The notes: generated from the letters alone by a model not told the origin. Counted from the stretch's first letter, positions 40,432-50,316 are shown. The stretch: 64,000 nucleotides of DNA from Chloroflexota bacterium (GCA_964291655.2 OZ219802.1:2048001-2112000), one strand, 5' to 3'. Made by a program: numbers and translations.

Positions 40432-41919
40432 TCAACTGCCCAGAGATTCCGCCACAGGGTGCTTACTACGCAACGTGCGGCTCGCTTCCGGGATGCGTTG
40501 CCATGTCGCAAGGGCTGACTTCCTGTCTCCCGCCAGCGCCTGGGCGTAGGCCAGGTTTGCCAGCACGTCCCAGCGGTTGCAGGGCTGCCAGAGGGCGATT
40601 GCTTGTTGGTCTGAAGAGGAGGGCACGGGCGTCGCAGTGAGTTCCACGACCCGATAGAGCCGTCGTCCAAACACCGTGATGGGCCTGCCCCCGCACACCG
40701 CCAAGACGGCAGAACCGTCAGCCGCTTTCACGACGCCGAGAAAGCGTCCGGTCGTCCAAATTGCGCTGCCGACCAAGCTAGCGTAGAGAACAAGGGCGCC
40801 ACCCACCGGCACCACGTGAAACGTCGGAAAGGCGGCGACCACAATACCGCTGACCGCCGCCAGGGCGCAGAACGTCCAGAGGAGCCACACCACGCGCAAG
40901 CGGCCGATCCCCAGCATTTCGAAGTGGTGGTGCAGCGGCGTAGCCGTAAACGGAATTGGAAACTCTGTATGGGGCACAAAGTGCGGTGTCCCGGCATAGC
41001 GTCCCAGGCGCACACAGTGGCGGAAGAACGGCGTAACGACTTTGGCTTGCAGAAACCCGGATCCGCCGTCCAGCAAGAAGACGCCGCCGATGAAGAGCCA
41101 AATCGCATCCGCGCCGGCAAAGAGCGCCAGTGCGGCAAAGGCGCCGCCGAGCCCCAGCGCGCCGCTATCGCCGAGATAGATGCGGGCGCGTCGTTTCACC
41201 GTCCCCGTCGACGACCAATCGGAAGGCTGATTGCAGAGCAGCAGCCCGATGCACACACCCAGCAGCGCCGCCGCAAAGGCGATCAGCTCGCCGTCTGCCT
41301 CGCGTATGATGAGCGAGAGCAACATTCCGCCGCCGGCTATAGTCGCCATGCCGGCAGTCAGACCGTCAATGCCGTCGCTCACGGCGACTGAAAACGCCGA
41401 CCCAAGCGTGAGCGCAAAGAGCCAGACCAGCGTGAGCCCGAGACCGACGATGCCGGCGACGTTGAGGGCTTGCAGCACTCTACCGCCCTGTGCGGCTGCC
41501 TGCGTGAAGTCTCCCGACCACCAAAACAGCGCGGCAACCGCAATTAGCGCCGCAATCGCGTGGGCAGACAGGTAGGCGCTGTCGCCGAAGCCGGTGCCTT
41601 GCCGCCACTTTAGCCAGTCATCGATGAAACCGATGCCAAAGAAGAGCGATGTCAGAAGAATGAGCAAGAGCAGGAGATCGCCGGTGTCGGGCCAGACGAT
41701 TCGCCAAACGCCGCCCACGCACCATAGCGTAATGAACAATGCAATGCCGCCGACGCTGGGCAGGCGCAGGCTGGGTAGGTCTTCATGGTCTTTGCTCTGC
41801 ACTACCGGCTTGACCTGGCCGGACGTGAAGCGCGGGAACAAGCGGCGCAACACGGCGCTCAGGAGCAATGTCAGCCCCGTTGCACCGCCCAACACCAGTA
41901 CGGTCGTGAGTACGTCCAT
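40432..41919 (-). CDS. mraY: MraY-family phospho-MurNAc-pentapeptide transferase with C-terminal extension
   Basis: PSVGG, GFIDDWLK, DGIDGL, IYLGDSGALGLGG, PLHHHFEMLG. Confidence 0.75.
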   Translation of the reverse strand: MDVLTTVLVLGGATGLTLLLSAVLRRLFPRFTSGQVKPVVQSKDHEDLPSLRLPSVGGIALFITLWCVGGVWRIVWPDTGDLLLLLILLTSLFFGIGFIDDWLKWRQGTGFGDSAYLSAHAIAALIAVAALFWWSGDFTQAAAQGGRVLQALNVAGIVGLGLTLVWLFALTLGSAFSVAVSDGIDGLTAGMATIAGGGMLLSLIIREADGELIAFAAALLGVCIGLLLCNQPSDWSSTGTVKRRARIYLGDSGALGLGGAFAALALFAGADAIWLFIGGVFLLDGGSGFLQAKVVTPFFRHCVRLGRYAGTPHFVPHTEFPIPFTATPLHHHFEMLGIGRLRVVWLLWTFCALAAVSGIVVAAFPTFHVVPVGGALVLYASLVGSAIWTTGRFLGVVKAADGSAVLAVCGGRPITVFGRRLYRVVELTATPVPSSSDQQAIALWQPCNRWDVLANLAYAQALAGDRKSALATWQRIPEASRTLRSKHPVAESLGS

Positions 41920-41975
41920 TCAACTCAACTGCTTATATTTTTCCACTAACTCATCGCAATGATTGAATGCTGCCC

Positions 41976-42226
41976 TTCGACAAGCTCAGGGCGAACGGAA
42001 TAGAAAAGTCCGGGACAAACGGATTCGACAGGCTCAGGGCGTACGCTATCGAAATGCTCAGAACGAACGCAGTCAACAAGCTCAGGGCGAACGCTATCGA
42101 AACGCTCAAGGTAAACGCGATCGAAAAGCTCGGATCGAACGAATTTGACAGGCTCAGGGCGATCGGAATCGCATAGTTCGGGACAAACGGATTTGACAGG
42201 CCCGGGACAAACGCATTCGACAAGCT
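41976..42226. repeat. Tandem array of ten 24-bp units plus a partial unit, derived from a REP-like motif
   Basis: Consensus TTCGACAAGCTCAGGGCGAACGGA; exact 24-nt register from 41976 to 42216. Confidence 0.9.
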
Positions 42227-42293
42227 GAGAGCCTGCCCCGTACCTGATACAGCGAATCGACACGAAACGGGGGTGAATGGAAGAGCGGGGAAT

Positions 42294-42726
42294 CCGTTCG
42301 TGCTGAGCCTGCCTGTCCTGAGCTTTTCGAAGGGTCGAAGCACGGATTGGCGCATGAGAGCCGAACTATGAGATGCCTTCAAGTAGTCCAACACGATTGT
42401 ATTGATCGGTAGCGTAGTCCCTTCGACTGAGCCTGTACTGAGCACTTCGGCAAGCTCAGCACAGGCTCTGCCGAAGTGCTCTGGACACGTTTGCAACCCC
42501 GTATCACGCGCGGGGCAGGCTCTGCGCCATCTTGCCGTATCGTGGAGCGAGCACACCAGCCCGGGGGCAGAGCACAGGTTACAAACCTGTGCTACCGGAA
42601 CGCTTACTGTGCTACCGGAGCTCTTACCTATCTACCGGCGCTCCCGTTCGTGCTGAGCCTGCCTGTCCTGAGCTTGTCGAAGGGTCGAAGCACGGTTTGG
42701 CGCATGAGAGCCGAACTATGAGATGC
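42294..42726. repeat. 83-bp direct repeat pair (42294-42376, 42644-42726) enclosing further REP-like units
   Basis: CCGTTCGTGCTGAGCCTGCCTGTCCTGAGC..GAGCCGAACTATGAGATGC, 2 mismatches. Confidence 0.85.
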
Positions 42727-42729
42727 TTT

Positions 42730-43581
42730 CTAATTCAACTCTTGCCAGATCCGGCGCACGAAAGCAATGGCCTCGCGGGTCTCCTCTACGCGGTTCTCCC
42801 CGGCCTCGCGCTCGATGCAGTGGTAACCCGTGAACCCGATGTCTTGATACGACTTCAGGTAGCGCGGCCACTCGATCCAGCCCTGGCCCAATGGAGTCTC
42901 ATGGCGGCCGGAGTCATCCTCCACGGCGGAATCTTTGATGTGTGTATGTATGATATGGTCCCGCAGGATGTAGACTGCTTCGTGGGGGTCGGATTCGGCA
43001 AAGGCCTCCGCGCGATCGTATGGGCGACCCTCTTGTTTGGCAATGCGCGCCGCCCACGTGATGAAGTTTGCCGGGTCGAGGTTAATCTTTATTCCATCGG
43101 TATCGATTGAGTTAATGAGATCCAGCAGCACGGACGGCGGTTCCGGGCCGGTCTCGATACCGAAGTACATGCCCGTCTGCTCCGCATGCGTACCGATTGC
43201 TTCCATAGCTTCGCGAAAGACCTGCCGTCGCGGGGCGTTGGCGTCTTTGGGCACGATGCCGATGTGGCTGGTGAGCGCCGGGGCGCCGAGAGCGCGGGTG
43301 TGGTCGAGCAGGCGCCTGGTTTCGTCCACCCGCTCAGCCATCGTGTCGGCATCTCCAAAGTCGTCCAGGCCGCCGTCGGTTGCCGAAATCACCATGCCCA
43401 AGTCTGACACACGCTGCTGCACTTCCTTGATTCCCGCCGCATCGAGCTCATCGGGACCGTATTCGCCGTGCCCTACCGTCAACTGCACGCTCTCAGCACC
43501 GATCTGCGCCGCCGTTTCGAGGCCTTCCGGCCCCGGCGTGCGCAAGCAGATGAGCCGCACACCAACTTTGATATCAGCCAT
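42730..43581 (-). CDS. Sugar phosphate isomerase/epimerase (AP endonuclease 2/TIM barrel)
   Basis: GIETGPE, INLDPANF, HTHIKD, LGQGWIEW, CIERE. Confidence 0.88.
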   Translation of the reverse strand: MADIKVGVRLICLRTPGPEGLETAAQIGAESVQLTVGHGEYGPDELDAAGIKEVQQRVSDLGMVISATDGGLDDFGDADTMAERVDETRRLLDHTRALGAPALTSHIGIVPKDANAPRRQVFREAMEAIGTHAEQTGMYFGIETGPEPPSVLLDLINSIDTDGIKINLDPANFITWAARIAKQEGRPYDRAEAFAESDPHEAVYILRDHIIHTHIKDSAVEDDSGRHETPLGQGWIEWPRYLKSYQDIGFTGYHCIEREAGENRVEETREAIAFVRRIWQELN

Positions 43582-43675
43582 GGCAATACCTTTCTTCTAC
43601 GACTTCCCCATTTCCATTTCTTAATTCAAACAAAATCAACACCGTCATTACCATGAAAATGGCAAGCCGACCTCC

Positions 43676-43832
43676 GTCATTCCCGCGCAAGCGGGAATCC
43701 ATCTTCTCTACACTGCACGCGAGAGGTTTCTTGTGAGAAACAACTCTCGCACTTGTTCAAGGTGCGTTGTTCGGAGGAAGGCCATGTTGGGACGATGCAG
43801 GGCACGAGATTCCTCGCTCCGCTTCGGAATGA
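43676..43832. repeat. GTCATTCC-type REP pair
   Basis: GTCATTCCCGCGCAAGCGGGAATCC and GATTCCTCGCTCCGCTTCGGAATGAC; the family also occurs inside the 139-bp MITEs and at 63750-63942. Confidence 0.7.
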
Positions 43833-43901
43833 CAATGCGCGCCAACACCGCTTTGCACAAAGCCGCCACTGCGCTGACATCATACCACGCCTGTTGCGGT
43901 G

Positions 43902-45116
43902 TCACGCCAGCACGTCACGAACCTGCTGTTCCATGTACTCAAGTGCCCGTGGCAGCATCACCTGACCGCGAATAGCCGCTTGCAGCGTCTCTGCGCAGAC
44001 TTCCTCCACCTGCGGATAGGCGGCAAACATTGGAAACGTCAGCATGTGGTTCTGAATGGTCTCCTCCAACAATTCCAGCCGCCTTGCATGCATCGTGCCC
44101 GAGGGTGTCTCGCTGCGGACGCGCGCCATCACCGCGTCTCTCGGCACAATTGCGCCGGCCTGGGTCTCCAGGTACTGGCTCTCTGCGGAGGTCAGAAAGC
44201 GCACGAGCGCCAGCGCGCCTTCCATGTCCCGCACCGATGCGGGAATAGCGAACGAGTGACCTCCCGCATAGACGGCGCGTTTACCAGCGGGGCCAAGCGG
44301 ATAGGGCGCAACGCCAAACGCATCGGCTACGGCGCTGGTCTGCGGGTCGGTGAGTAGGCCGTAGTAGGCTGGCCAGTCCGCGGTCAACGCGCAACTGCCG
44401 TCACGAAAGAGCTGCGATACTTCATCGAAGTAGGTCGCGGTGAGATCACGCGGGGTGAGGCCCTGCTGGTAGAGGTCGGCCAGGAAGCCCAATGCCCAGC
44501 GGCCGGCAGACGTATCAAATGACGGGTTAAGCTGCGTATCGAATAGTGTCCCGCCCGCCATGGCGACCAACTCGAAGAACGTCCCAAACAAACCCGAGGA
44601 ATGTCCGGGAAAGGCAAAGCCAAAGAGGTCGGGAGGCCGCGTGAAATACGTTGCCACGTCACGCACCTCATCCCACGTCCGCGGCACGCGCAGCGGACGG
44701 CCGTACTGCCGTTGAAACCGCGCGTGCTCCTCAGCATCTTCCAGCAGATCGCTCCGGTAGAAGAGAATGCGGGCGTCCACGTTGCGGGGAATCTGCACGA
44801 GCGCGCCATCGACCCGCGCAAGTTCGAGCAAAGCTGGCGAATAGTCTGCAAGCTCAGCTTCAGAAAAGTGCGTATCAAGGGGAAGCAGCCACGCCTGCTG
44901 AGCCGGTGCGTATTTGACGTGGGTTGAGATGACGTCGTAAGCTGCTGTGCCGGCAGCAATCACCTCGTCGATGTGGGCATTCAGCGCGGGATGCGGCAGG
45001 CGCACGTGGACATTGACCGCGTAACCGGTCTCCTGCTCGAATTGGGGTAAGCGACTGTAGAGCGCGTCATACTGCGGCCCGCTGATGAAGGCGACGTTGA
45101 GGTGTTGCTGCGGCAA
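43902..45116 (-). CDS. Sugar ABC-type solute-binding protein lacking an evident signal peptide
   Basis: FEQETG, YDVIS, IPRNVDARILFYRSDLL, VPRTWDE, GGHSFAI. Confidence 0.85.
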   Translation of the reverse strand: MPQQHLNVAFISGPQYDALYSRLPQFEQETGYAVNVHVRLPHPALNAHIDEVIAAGTAAYDVISTHVKYAPAQQAWLLPLDTHFSEAELADYSPALLELARVDGALVQIPRNVDARILFYRSDLLEDAEEHARFQRQYGRPLRVPRTWDEVRDVATYFTRPPDLFGFAFPGHSSGLFGTFFELVAMAGGTLFDTQLNPSFDTSAGRWALGFLADLYQQGLTPRDLTATYFDEVSQLFRDGSCALTADWPAYYGLLTDPQTSAVADAFGVAPYPLGPAGKRAVYAGGHSFAIPASVRDMEGALALVRFLTSAESQYLETQAGAIVPRDAVMARVRSETPSGTMHARRLELLEETIQNHMLTFPMFAAYPQVEEVCAETLQAAIRGQVMLPRALEYMEQQVRDVLA

Positions 45117-45465
45117 GAGTGGCAGTACTCCTCGGCACGATGCTGTAGGTATATAGAATGCGGCCTGTTTTGTTCGGCTACCGAAGCCATTGCACAGATT
45201 CGTAATTCCGGCGAACCCCGGAATCTAGAAGGAGGCGGAGTCCAAGCACTCGCCGGCTAATTGCATTCAAAGTCTTCCCGACCTTCCCTCGGAGTCAGGA
45301 GAGGGGCGATTGAGCGCCTTCAAGTCAGGCGGGGGACAAGCCCCCACGCTACAAGGAGAATGGGCCGCTCTAGACTTCCGTCCCGCTTACCGCCATCAGC
45401 TACTTCTCGTGGGTTCCAGCAACAACTCCCTCATCAAGAGAAAGTGTTCTCTTGCGTAACTTACT

Positions 45466-46290
45466 CTACAGCATGCCAAAAAGCGGCTGGCCCTTTACAC
45501 CGATGTCGAGGCGGTAAACTGCGCCGGTCTCGGTTTCCGTGACGTAGAGTGAGTCATCCCAGAAGGCCACGTTCGTGGGATTCTTGCCTGACACCGGCAA
45601 CTCCTCAATCACTTCGCCGGTGGGCGCAATCACGGCCACTGCGCTCTTGCCGTAATGGGCCACGTAGAGGTTGCCGTCTGCGCCAAAGTCCATGCCGTCC
45701 GGCCCCACGCCGCCTTCCATCTGGGCGTACAAGCTGCGGTTGTTGGCGCTGCCGTCGGAGTTCAGGGTAAAGGCATGAATGCGCCGGGTAAAGGTCTCCG
45801 CAACGTAGAGCGTCCCCTCGTCCGCGGACAGACAGATGCCGTTTGGGAACGCCAGACCTACGGCAAAGACTGAGATCGCGCCATCTGCCCCTACACGGAA
45901 CACGCGTCCCACCGGGTTTTCCAGCGTAGACCCCTTAGGATCCGTGAAGTAGCAGTTGCCGTGACTATCGAGAATGAGATCGTTCGGGCCCCGGAACGGC
46001 TTCTTCTAAAACGACTCCGCCACCACCGACCACGTCCCGTCGGGCGTAAAATCAAGGATCTGCGCCAAGCCGTTTTCCGCGACAATCAGATGACCGCTTT
46101 GGTGCAGGCGCGACCCGCACGGCACACCGCCGGTCTCCGCAAAGACTTCCACGTGTCCATCCTGCGTTACCTTGCTGATACGTCCGGCATCACACTCCAT
46201 GACGTAGAAGTTGCCTGCGCGATCGAAGGAAGGACCTTCGGGAAAGCCAAAGCCGTCGGCAACCAGAATAGGATCAGCGTCGGTCTTCAT
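45466..46290 (-). pseudogene. SMP-30/gluconolactonase gene interrupted by one in-frame TAG (46006-46008)
   Basis: Single frame FPEGP..VAESF*KKPFRGPNDL..YFTDP..FPNGI..GPDGM..PTNVAF. Confidence 0.85.
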
Positions 46291-46380
46291 GCGCAAGTTT
46301 CCTTTCTCTTCGGTAACGGTGTGCGCCTCCGCGCACACGCCCTGGCGCGCCCTTCCGCACAAGCATGAAAAGATTATTTG

Positions 46381-47259
46381 CTACTGCGTTGCAGCGTCTT
46401 TGTCGCGTTTCTGCGCCGCCGGACCCAACGGACGTGAGAGATCGTACTCCAAGAGCTCGGGATGACGTTGCAGGAACTCCTGCACTCGCGTACCGCCCAG
46501 ACCCTTGAAGCCAAGCAGAAACCCGCCATCTATAAGCAACGTGTGCCCCGTAACAAAGCGCGCGTCCGCCGAACAGAGATAGAGCGCCCCTTGGGCGATG
46601 TCCTCGGCGCGACCAACGGTGGGAAGAACATTCCAGAGGATATTCCGTTCGTGCCAGATCGGATCGTTGGCGTTTTCTTCTTTCATCTCATCCGACGGTA
46701 TGGCGCCCGGCGCAATCGCGTTGACGCGAATGCCGTCGTTGCCCAATTCGAGGGCCATTTGCTTTGTGAGCTGGATGAGCGCGGCCTTGGCCGTCTCGTA
46801 GGTAGGGTAGCCGGGGCTGACCTGGAAGCCGTGCACCGAGCTGAGGTTGAGGATCGCGCCGCCGCCGGCCGCTCGCATGTGTGGCACGGCGAATTTGCTC
46901 GCCAAGAAAGGCGCTCTGAGCAAGACGTCAAAACTCGCGTCCCAATCCTCCGCGCTCAGCTCTTCTATCGAACCGCGCCGCTCCCAATGAGCATTGTTAA
47001 CGAGAATTGTCACCCCGCCGTAGCGTTCCACCGCGGTGGCCACCATGTCGCGGTTGCCGGCTTCGGTGCCAACGTCCGCATGGAAGAATGACGCTTCGCC
47101 GTCGTCGCTGCATATAGCCTCCGCCACGGCTTCGCCCGCCTCGTCCTGGATGTCGGCAATGAGGACTTTCGCCCCGTCTGCCGCGAATCGACGCGCAATC
47201 GCACGCCCGATGTTATTGGCGGCGCCCGTGACGATGGCTATGTGATTCTGCAAGCGCAT
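46381..47259 (-). CDS. SDR family oxidoreductase
   Basis: TGAANNIG, NNAH, YETAK, IRVNAIAPG, DGG. Confidence 0.93.
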   Translation of the reverse strand: MRLQNHIAIVTGAANNIGRAIARRFAADGAKVLIADIQDEAGEAVAEAICSDDGEASFFHADVGTEAGNRDMVATAVERYGGVTILVNNAHWERRGSIEELSAEDWDASFDVLLRAPFLASKFAVPHMRAAGGGAILNLSSVHGFQVSPGYPTYETAKAALIQLTKQMALELGNDGIRVNAIAPGAIPSDEMKEENANDPIWHERNILWNVLPTVGRAEDIAQGALYLCSADARFVTGHTLLIDGGFLLGFKGLGGTRVQEFLQRHPELLEYDLSRPLGPAAQKRDKDAATQ

Positions 47260-47571
47260 AATGCACGAGGGTCCTGTGTGCAGTCGATGTCGAGTGGAGT
47301 CTATGGCGTTTCAATCAAAGTCGCAAATCGCCCGGCATCTTCATCCGTAATCGGGGAGGGCCGCGCGGCGTCTGCCGGACTTGGGGTAGCGTGTTCGTCT
47401 CTTTACATGCGAAGGCTTGTACCTATTTGAACAAATGGGCAGCGATTTGTCTACCTTCATAGGGACAGTGGACAATTCTCAAGTGGCACGCAAGCCAGGT
47501 GCTCGACCTCCCAACGATACTACGCTTGCCAAATTGTCGTATCGGGCTAACCGCATGCGTACCTTCTCTTT

Positions 47572-47731
47572 GTAGCGCTGGGCATGTCCCCCCGCCAGTG
47601 CACCAGAAAACGTAGCGCGGGGCTTGTCCCCCGCCAGAGCACCAGAAGACGTAGCGCGGGGGCTTGTCCCCCGTCAGAGCAGCAGAAAACGTAGCGCGGG
47701 GGCTTGTGCCCCCGCCAGTGCACCAGAAAAC
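47572..47731. repeat. Four tandem units of about 40 bp, each a GTAG-REP (GTAGCGCGGGGGCTTGTCCCCCGC + CAGxGCACCAGAAAAC)
   Basis: Unit starts 47572, 47612, 47651, 47691; an inverted solo copy is at 45329-45352. Confidence 0.88.
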
Positions 47732-47861
47732 GTGAGCTGCAAGAGTCCGGCCTCAATCTGGCTTCCGACGTGCGCCGGATTGACGTATGCAAGCTTGCCG
47801 CCTGCGGGCATGGACGACTATTCTGCAACAGTGCCGTTTCACAGGAGTTTTCTTGGTCGCA

Positions 47862-48731
47862 ATGCCGTACATCCGCGTAGTCCTGGCGCTGATTGCCTCT
47901 GTGGCGATCATCAGCAGCGCCTCAATACTGATAAAGCTTGCCGACGCGCCGGTGCTCATCATCGCAGCCTACAGGTTGGGAATTGCCGCGCTGGTGCTGG
48001 CGCCGGTCACGCTCGCAGTACGCAGGGAACATCTGCGGGCACTGAGTCGCCGTGATTGGCTGATTGGAGCGGTGGCGGGCAGCTTCCTTGGTCTGCACTT
48101 CATCGCCTGGATTGCTTCGCTGGAGTATACGTCCGTTGCCAGTTCCGTCGTGCTCGTTACGATTAATCCCATCTTCGTCGGTCTCGGCATGGTCGTAATC
48201 TTCCGCGAACGGCTTCACCCGCTGCTGGTGTGGGGCATCGCGCTTTCAGTGACTGGCGGCATCCTGATCGGCTACAGCGACTTTCAGGTGGCAGGTCAAG
48301 CCATCTACGGTGATGCACTGGCGCTGCTCGGGGCGGTGTTTCACTCCGGCTACTTGCTGCTGGGACAACGTCTGCGCCGGCGCCTCGACCTGCTGCCGTA
48401 CATCACGGTAGTTTACGGCATGGCCGCGCTGCTGGTGCTCGTCGCGGCGCTGGTGACACAACAGACGTTCACCGGCTACGCGCCCGCGACCTTTCTCGTA
48501 ATGATCCTCTTGGCGCTCGGACCTCAACTCCTCGGCCACACGGCCTACAATTGGACTCTGCGTTACGTCTCCGCCGCGGTCGTCGCCGTGGCAATCCTGG
48601 GCGAGCCGGTGGGCGCGAGTATTCTCGCGTACTTCATCCTGGACGAGCACCTGACGTTGCTGCAGGTCAGCGGCGGAGCGTTGGTGTTAATAGGGATATA
48701 CCTCGCCCTGCGCACGCAAAGGCGCGAATAG
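47862..48731 (+). CDS. DMT/EamA family transporter (10 TM)
   Basis: Two EamA repeats, HFIAWIASLEYTSVASS, GDALAL, GHTAYNW, LGEPV. Confidence 0.92.
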   Translation: MPYIRVVLALIASVAIISSASILIKLADAPVLIIAAYRLGIAALVLAPVTLAVRREHLRALSRRDWLIGAVAGSFLGLHFIAWIASLEYTSVASSVVLVTINPIFVGLGMVVIFRERLHPLLVWGIALSVTGGILIGYSDFQVAGQAIYGDALALLGAVFHSGYLLLGQRLRRRLDLLPYITVVYGMAALLVLVAALVTQQTFTGYAPATFLVMILLALGPQLLGHTAYNWTLRYVSAAVVAVAILGEPVGASILAYFILDEHLTLLQVSGGALVLIGIYLALRTQRRE

Positions 48732-48912
48732 TCGATTGTCAGTACCCTTGCCACCTGCTACTATCCCTGAAAGACTGCGCTTGAACTCTGTTCTCTTATG
48801 CGAGAACACTGGGCAGTCGTATTGATAAAGCTGTTGTCCATTCTTGTCGTGGTATCCCGTTTCTATAGAAGAATTTTGGCTCAGACGCTCAGCATAAAAA
48901 GGATTGTCTCTC

Positions 48913-50316
48913 GTGAACTGCATCGTCATCTGTCTCGACACCTTTCGCGCCGATTGTATCCGGCATCTCGGCGCAGAAAACATGCAAACGCCAACCCTCG
49001 ACGCCATGGCGCGGGACGGGGTCTGGTTTGAGAACGCCTTTGCCGAGGCGCTGCCGACCGTGCCCGCGCGGCGCTCGCTCTTTACCGGCATACGCGGGTT
49101 CCCGTGGCGCTGGACGATTGACACCACAGGCTCCTCACCGGGCGCGCCGGGCATGCCCGGCTGGCACGGCGTGCCGCCCCATCAGCAAACGCTGGCCGAG
49201 CGGCTTTCCCGCGCGGGCTACGCGACGGGCCTCGTGGCCGATACCTACCACCTCTTCAAGCCGACTATGAACTTCACACGTGGTTTCATGAACTGGGAGT
49301 TCTTTCGCGGCCAGGAGGCCGATCCCTACCGCCTGGGCACCGAGGAGGAACTCCAGGCCGAGCGCTACACCTACAATCCTGACAATGTGCCATTCGGGCT
49401 GCGCCAGTGGCTCTGGAACGTGAAGGACCGCCACACGGAAGAGGACTTCACTTTTGCCAAGTGCATGCGCCGGGCCATCCAATTCATCGAGGAAAGCCGC
49501 GACCAGCACCCGTTCTTTCTCTGGGTCGACTCATTCGAGGCCCACGAGCCCTGGCATCCGCCGTTCAGCTATGCCGACGCCTACATGGACGCGCCCTGGC
49601 AGGGCATCGAACCCATTCAGCCGCGCGGCGAGCCGTTGTCCGCGGCGGAAGAGGAGCGCGTTAAGGCGCTCTACTATGGCTCGATCACGTTCATCGACAA
49701 GTGGATGGGTGTACTGCTCAACCACCTGGCAGACAGCGGCTTGCTGGACGAGACCATCATCGTCTTTACGTCCGACCACGGCACGCAGATGAACGAGCAC
49801 GGCGAATTCGGCAAGAGCCAGCGCCACATGAACGCCTACAACACCCGCGTGAACATGCTCGTGCGCCATCCGGAAGGGCCCAGCGACACGGTCATCACGC
49901 CCTTTGTGCAGCACATCGATGTTGCCCCCACGGTCCTGAACTGGCTCGGCGTGCCCCACAACCGCCTGGACGGCGCGGACATGTGGCCGCTCGCCACCGG
50001 CAATCGGGACGAACTGCGCGATTGGTCGCTCACCGTCTGGGGCTACGAGGCGAGCGTGCGCGACCATACCTGGAACGCGGTGGTGAACATCCAGGAATCC
50101 GATCCGCAGTGGAAGCTCTACCGCATCGATGATGACCGCGATAGCTTTGACGACGTGGCAGCCCAGCACCCTGACGTAGTGGCAAAGCAACGCTCGCGCT
50201 TGGATGGCTACTTAGGTGAACCCCTGCCGGCCCGCCTGCCGGGTCAACATCCGGGCAGCCCGTATCCGCTGATGGACTTCAATGCGGCCCGGGCGCGGCA
50301 ACAAAAGGGGACTTAG
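48913..50316 (+). CDS. Sulfatase-like (alkaline phosphatase superfamily) hydrolase
   Basis: ICLDTFRAD, TPTLD, PTVPARRSLFTG, PFFLWV..HEPW, TSDHG, IDVAPT; GTG start after AAGGA (TTG at 48904 is an alternative). Confidence 0.88.
   Translation: MNCIVICLDTFRADCIRHLGAENMQTPTLDAMARDGVWFENAFAEALPTVPARRSLFTGIRGFPWRWTIDTTGSSPGAPGMPGWHGVPPHQQTLAERLSRAGYATGLVADTYHLFKPTMNFTRGFMNWEFFRGQEADPYRLGTEEELQAERYTYNPDNVPFGLRQWLWNVKDRHTEEDFTFAKCMRRAIQFIEESRDQHPFFLWVDSFEAHEPWHPPFSYADAYMDAPWQGIEPIQPRGEPLSAAEEERVKALYYGSITFIDKWMGVLLNHLADSGLLDETIIVFTSDHGTQMNEHGEFGKSQRHMNAYNTRVNMLVRHPEGPSDTVITPFVQHIDVAPTVLNWLGVPHNRLDGADMWPLATGNRDELRDWSLTVWGYEASVRDHTWNAVVNIQESDPQWKLYRIDDDRDSFDDVAAQHPDVVAKQRSRLDGYLGEPLPARLPGQHPGSPYPLMDFNAARARQQKGT

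Noticed and set aside
39491-40549. Cluster of short plus-strand ORFs with repeated peptides
   Set aside because: They are translations of the tandem MITE/REP units, with no independent coding evidence
41976-42226. CRISPR array
   Set aside because: Units are contiguous and mutually homologous, with no unique spacers and no cas genes
46006-46008. Genome-wide amber reassignment
   Set aside because: TAG terminates conserved genes such as rplA, nusG, murE and recF at expected positions
47572-47731. CRISPR array
   Set aside because: Linkers are short and near-identical; the unit is a GTAG-REP also found singly at 45329
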